DNA of 64,000 nucleotides from Candidatus Bathyarchaeota archaeon (lineage in GTDB: Archaea > Thermoproteota > Bathyarchaeia > TCS64), in NCBI GenBank assembly GCA_963771885.1, contig CAVYVF010000023.1, positions 288,001 to 352,000 of the forward strand, in the 5' to 3' direction. Position 1 is the stretch's first letter. Every line of letters begins with the position of its first letter. Positions 60,516-64,000 of the stretch are shown in pieces. The notes under the pieces were generated by a model. The model saw only the letters and a list, made by a program, of their open reading frames with translations. It searched no databases and had not been told where the DNA came from. Made by a program: the position numbers and the translations under genes.

Positions 60516-62144
60516 TCACTTCAGGTTTTTCAGGATCGATGAGATGAGACCCTCCTCGGTCTCAGCGTATAAAACGTGTATCTGGTAGAGTTCAGCGAGC
60601 CTAAGCTCCTCCGAATTAGGCGGTATTAGGGAGGCGAGGACGAATCTAGCCGACTTCAGGTCAGAATGAAGGCTACTTCTCTCCACTATCCTGTTGAAAA
60701 CGGAGCCGTCCGTCAGTACGTCTATGCAGAGGCTTGCCTCCATCTTCGGGTTCTTGGCGAACACGTCAAAGAGGTAGGACTTCGATGCACCTTGCAGTGT
60801 GCCCGGCACTTCGACGGACCATTTCTTGTCTTCTAGGGCGTCCCTGATCTTGGTGGCGAGCGTTTCCACCTTGATGCGTTGGGCGACCTGCTTCAACTTT
60901 TCCTGTATCGGCTGCCCGAGCTGCCAATAGTCCCTGAACATCAGGAGCATCGTCTCGACGTAGGCGCTGATGTTTGACCATACTGTGCGTTTCTGGAGAT
61001 CCATGTAGGGGACGTTCATCAGCGCCTCCTTTGCGTCGATGGTAAGGAGGATGAGGTCGGTCGAGGCGGCGTTCTCCGCGATGATCATGTCTTCGCCGGC
61101 GATGTTGGCGAGGTAGGGTAGGTTCTTCGGGTTAGTCTTTGTCAGCACCCTCGTCTTTACACCCTTGACCGTGATGTCATCGATCTCATCGAGAGGCAAC
61201 GGTAAGGCAGTCGAGTCGTTCGCCATGATATCAACTGCTTTGGTGGCTCTCCCTATCATGTCTCTGAAGAGCTTGGTGTACTCCTCGTTCGTCATGTAGG
61301 TGATTATTTCCTGACTTGGTTCCCCGGTCTGGATGGATTTTATCATGGACTCCGCCTCGGGGGCGAGGCTCCAGAGGGCGTCGAAGAATATCCTCATCGC
61401 CGCGACATAGCTCGAGGCGTTTGTCCAGAGCCCGGTGTCTGCCTTCGTCGTCATGCTCATCGAGTCGTCCATGGCGACTGTCGTGAGGGTCTCCCTCCCG
61501 TCGATTATTGCGAACCTTATTGGCGCCGAGAGGATCACGTGGCGGGCCTCGACCAGCCCCAGATATGGCTCGACATTTTTCAGGCCTTCCACATCGATCT
61601 GCGTGAGCACTCTAACCTTCTTCCCATTCTGAGTGAGCGCCTTGAACCTATCGTCAACCCCCCAGAGCGAGAGACGTGCTAGGTCACGCGTCGTCGTGAC
61701 GAGTCGCACCTCTTCCTCCGCCTTGTCACACATCTCCAGTAGGAGGTCGAAAACCTGCTGTCTGCCTTGGAATATTCGGAACTTGAACTCCTCGTCTGTT
61801 GGCTGTGCGGCACCACTTGCGAGGTTCTTCCACTCCTCAACGAGGGTACCGCTGTTCTGTTCGAGGTCCGTTAGGCGCTGCTTAAGCCCACCTTTCTGCC
61901 TGTTTAGTACGTCGATGAGTGGTGTCGCGACGTACCTTATGGGACGCCCAATGAGGCTTTGCACGAGCCCCTTGTCCTCGAGCGTCTTCAGGCTCCTGTA
62001 TGCCTTCATCCTGTTGAGGTTGAATCGGCGGGAGACTATGCGGGCGGGTGACGGCCCCATCGCCGAGAGGAAAACGTATAGCTCCGCTTCGTTTTTTTCA
62101 AGCCCAAGTTCCTGTAGGCGCTTCGTTAGCCTCTCGGTGGACAT
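60516..62144 (-). CDS. TrmB family transcriptional regulator with tandem effector-like domains and an extra C-terminal domain
   Basis: LGLxxNEAxLYxxL...YRSLKTLEDKGLV..GRPIRY HTH; two RFAIID/LLTID...W.N....F..xW repeats. Confidence 0.88.
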   Translation of the reverse strand: MSTERLTKRLQELGLEKNEAELYVFLSAMGPSPARIVSRRFNLNRMKAYRSLKTLEDKGLVQSLIGRPIRYVATPLIDVLNRQKGGLKQRLTDLEQNSGTLVEEWKNLASGAAQPTDEEFKFRIFQGRQQVFDLLLEMCDKAEEEVRLVTTTRDLARLSLWGVDDRFKALTQNGKKVRVLTQIDVEGLKNVEPYLGLVEARHVILSAPIRFAIIDGRETLTTVAMDDSMSMTTKADTGLWTNASSYVAAMRIFFDALWSLAPEAESMIKSIQTGEPSQEIITYMTNEEYTKLFRDMIGRATKAVDIMANDSTALPLPLDEIDDITVKGVKTRVLTKTNPKNLPYLANIAGEDMIIAENAASTDLILLTIDAKEALMNVPYMDLQKRTVWSNISAYVETMLLMFRDYWQLGQPIQEKLKQVAQRIKVETLATKIRDALEDKKWSVEVPGTLQGASKSYLFDVFAKNPKMEASLCIDVLTDGSVFNRIVERSSLHSDLKSARFVLASLIPPNSEELRLAELYQIHVLYAETEEGLISSILKNLK

Positions 62145-62273
62145 TATGTGAGGGTTGGATCTCTATATTTTTAAATGTTCGTTCATTGAGTGCAAGCATT
62201 CTGCACGTGCATTTGTTACACACCGATCGTTTTCCCCTACACGTAGGACCTTGGATGCAGAGGTGTGTAGGTC

Positions 62274-62537
62274 ATGAAGAGGCTCATTATAAAGGGGAAG
62301 GATCGAATGTGGCCTACCGTGATCTGGCAGGGGTCGCAGCTCGTCGTCTACTATCTAGGCGAGGACGAGAGCGATGTTAAGGTGAAGGAGGCGAACGGCA
62401 TCGATTTCGAGGAGTTCTTCCTTCACCTCGATCGCGGGGGCTCTGTGTTCGTTACAATGAAGCCCAGCGACAGCAATGTGATCGACAACGCCCACGCTGC
62501 AGAGGTAGCTGCCGACGACCTCTATGAATACGCATAA
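62274..62537 (+). CDS. Hypothetical protein upstream of TFB
   Basis: 87-aa acidic ORF, SD-like GAGGTG upstream, 17 bp from the TFB start. Confidence 0.65.
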   Translation: MKRLIIKGKDRMWPTVIWQGSQLVVYYLGEDESDVKVKEANGIDFEEFFLHLDRGGSVFVTMKPSDSNVIDNAHAAEVAADDLYEYA

Positions 62538-62554
62538 TATGGGAGAGATGAAAA

Positions 62555-63523
62555 ATGGAACAGGAATATAATCACGAGTGTCCAAAGTGTCACAGTTCGC
62601 AGATAATTAGAGACAACGAGGCGGGTGAGGAGGTCTGTAGTCAATGCGGCCTCGTCATCTCCAACATGGTTGACTCGGGCGCTGAGTGGAGGGCCTTCGA
62701 GTTCAGCGAGATGGGCAGGTCGCGCGCGGGTCAGGCACTAACCCCCTCCCTCTGGGACCAAGGCATGTCTACGAGCTTCAACTGCCTCAGAGACGGCACT
62801 GGGAAGCCACTCAAACTCGACGCGATCGACAAGATGTACCGCCTAAAGAAGTACGATAATAGGTCGAAGGTCAATGACACTCAGGCGAGGAACCTCAGCA
62901 TCGCTATGGCGGAGCTGAGCAGGCTCTCGACTGCGATCCACCTCCCGGAGAACGCGAAGAACGATGCAGCGACCCTTTACAGGAAGGCCCTCAACAAGGA
63001 TATGATTAGGGGGCGCAGCATTGACTCCTTCATTGCGGCGTGCGTCTATGCGACGTGCAGGCTACGCGGGATACCACGCCCACTAAAGTCAATAGCCACG
63101 GAGAGCCGCAGAGACATGGGTGACGTCGCGAGGACCTACCGTCTCCTAATCCAGGAGATGGGTCTCAAGATGCCCATCAACGAGTCCGAGAAGTTCATCC
63201 CTGGGATCGCCGCCAAGCTGGGGCTGAGGAGGCAGACCGAGCAGCAGGCGGTCGAGATACTCCGCGAGGCAAGGGCGAAGAATCAACTATCGGGCAAGGA
63301 CCCAAGAGGCTTGGCTGCGGCGTCCCTGTACCTATCGTGCATCCGCAACCACGACAAGAGGACGCAGAAGGACGTCGCCGAGGCAGCCGGCACAACCGAG
63401 GTTACCCTCCGCAACAGAGTGAAGGGGCTCGAGGAGTCGATGAACAGGGACGCGATGAACGCGATGCGCCCCGAGGACCAGCCGGCGATGATGGTAGATC
63501 CCCTATACAGCAAGGCCGACTAA
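62555..63523 (+). CDS. tfb: Transcription initiation factor IIB
   Basis: CPKC...GEEVCSQCG, D.GAEWRAF, RNL, RGRS, GKDPRGLAAA, TQKDVA...TEVTLRNR. Confidence 0.96.
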   Translation: MEQEYNHECPKCHSSQIIRDNEAGEEVCSQCGLVISNMVDSGAEWRAFEFSEMGRSRAGQALTPSLWDQGMSTSFNCLRDGTGKPLKLDAIDKMYRLKKYDNRSKVNDTQARNLSIAMAELSRLSTAIHLPENAKNDAATLYRKALNKDMIRGRSIDSFIAACVYATCRLRGIPRPLKSIATESRRDMGDVARTYRLLIQEMGLKMPINESEKFIPGIAAKLGLRRQTEQQAVEILREARAKNQLSGKDPRGLAAASLYLSCIRNHDKRTQKDVAEAAGTTEVTLRNRVKGLEESMNRDAMNAMRPEDQPAMMVDPLYSKAD

Positions 63524-63538
63524 ACAATACCCTTTTTT

Positions 63539-64000
63539 TTAGATTTGACGGAAGACCTCGTCTCGGAGAACCGCGCAAGTCTCCTTCATCTCGGAAAGCT
63601 TTCCGCTTCTCGGGATGGCTATCATCATCTTGTAGCCGCCATCCTCTACGGCTCGCAACTTTTCGATGAGGACCTCTGGGGTGCCTACGAAGACATCTTC
63701 GGCGACCTCCTTGATGGGCTTGTCCTTGGCGATCTTCTTGACTATCTCCTCGGTCTCCACGTCGTTCTTTGTGGGGGTTATCGTTGCGAATCCGTGGAGG
63801 TAGAAATCCTTCATTTTCCGCCCGTTCTTCTCAAGCTCGGGCTCCAGTATCTTGAGGTAGCCTTTTATCGCGTTTTTATTGCCGCTCCCGTTCATGCCGT
63901 CGGCGTACTTGGCGGCGATGCTTATCATGCGCTGCTGGCGGGCACCGACGCTGAGCCTCATCGGTTTCTGGACGGTACCGGGGACGTTGACTGCGTCCTT
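63539..64000 (-). CDS. LLM (luciferase-like) flavin/F420-dependent oxidoreductase, C-terminal part (truncated by window edge)
   Basis: PxxVQKP..LSVGA...MISIAAKYADG.N, FVGTPE...EKL. Confidence 0.8.
   Translation of the reverse strand, partial: KDAVNVPGTVQKPMRLSVGARQQRMISIAAKYADGMNGSGNKNAIKGYLKILEPELEKNGRKMKDFYLHGFATITPTKNDVETEEIVKKIAKDKPIKEVAEDVFVGTPEVLIEKLRAVEDGGYKMMIAIPRSGKLSEMKETCAVLRDEVFRQI

Overview
Archaeal chromosomal window. PolD, Elf1, GGGP synthase, a multi-OB RPA, TFB, Rpo3, L18e and Taw1 together suggest a Bathyarchaeia-like TACK archaeon (inference). About 55 CDS and three tRNAs (Pro-CGG, Gly-TCC, Lys-CTT) are present: hypF, nadE, elf1-GGGPS-polD2-sec61beta, a pst/phoU phosphate regulon, trpS, peptidases, a MoxR/vWA pair opposite a 2-oxoacid:ferredoxin oxidoreductase operon, rps13-rps4-rps11-rpo3-rpl18e, a P-type ATPase, DtxR-FeoA/feoB, ilvBN, TrmB and TFB. 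I saw no transposase, integrase, CRISPR array or rRNA. The most striking signal is at about 900-2900. Four perfect copies of the palindrome GTGATATCAC, three of them inside hypF and nadE coding sequence in two different codon phases, sit in an AT-rich trough that cuts through housekeeping genes and surrounds an orphan gene encoding a putative HTH protein. This is a candidate centromere-, terminus- or origin-like site array with its cognate binding protein. Other notable items are twin DtxR-type operators, a TetR operator, a structured leader upstream of ilvB and a truncated Pelota/eRF1-like gene. Seven apparent +1 frameshifts, including one in essential PolD, most likely reflect sequencing or assembly errors.
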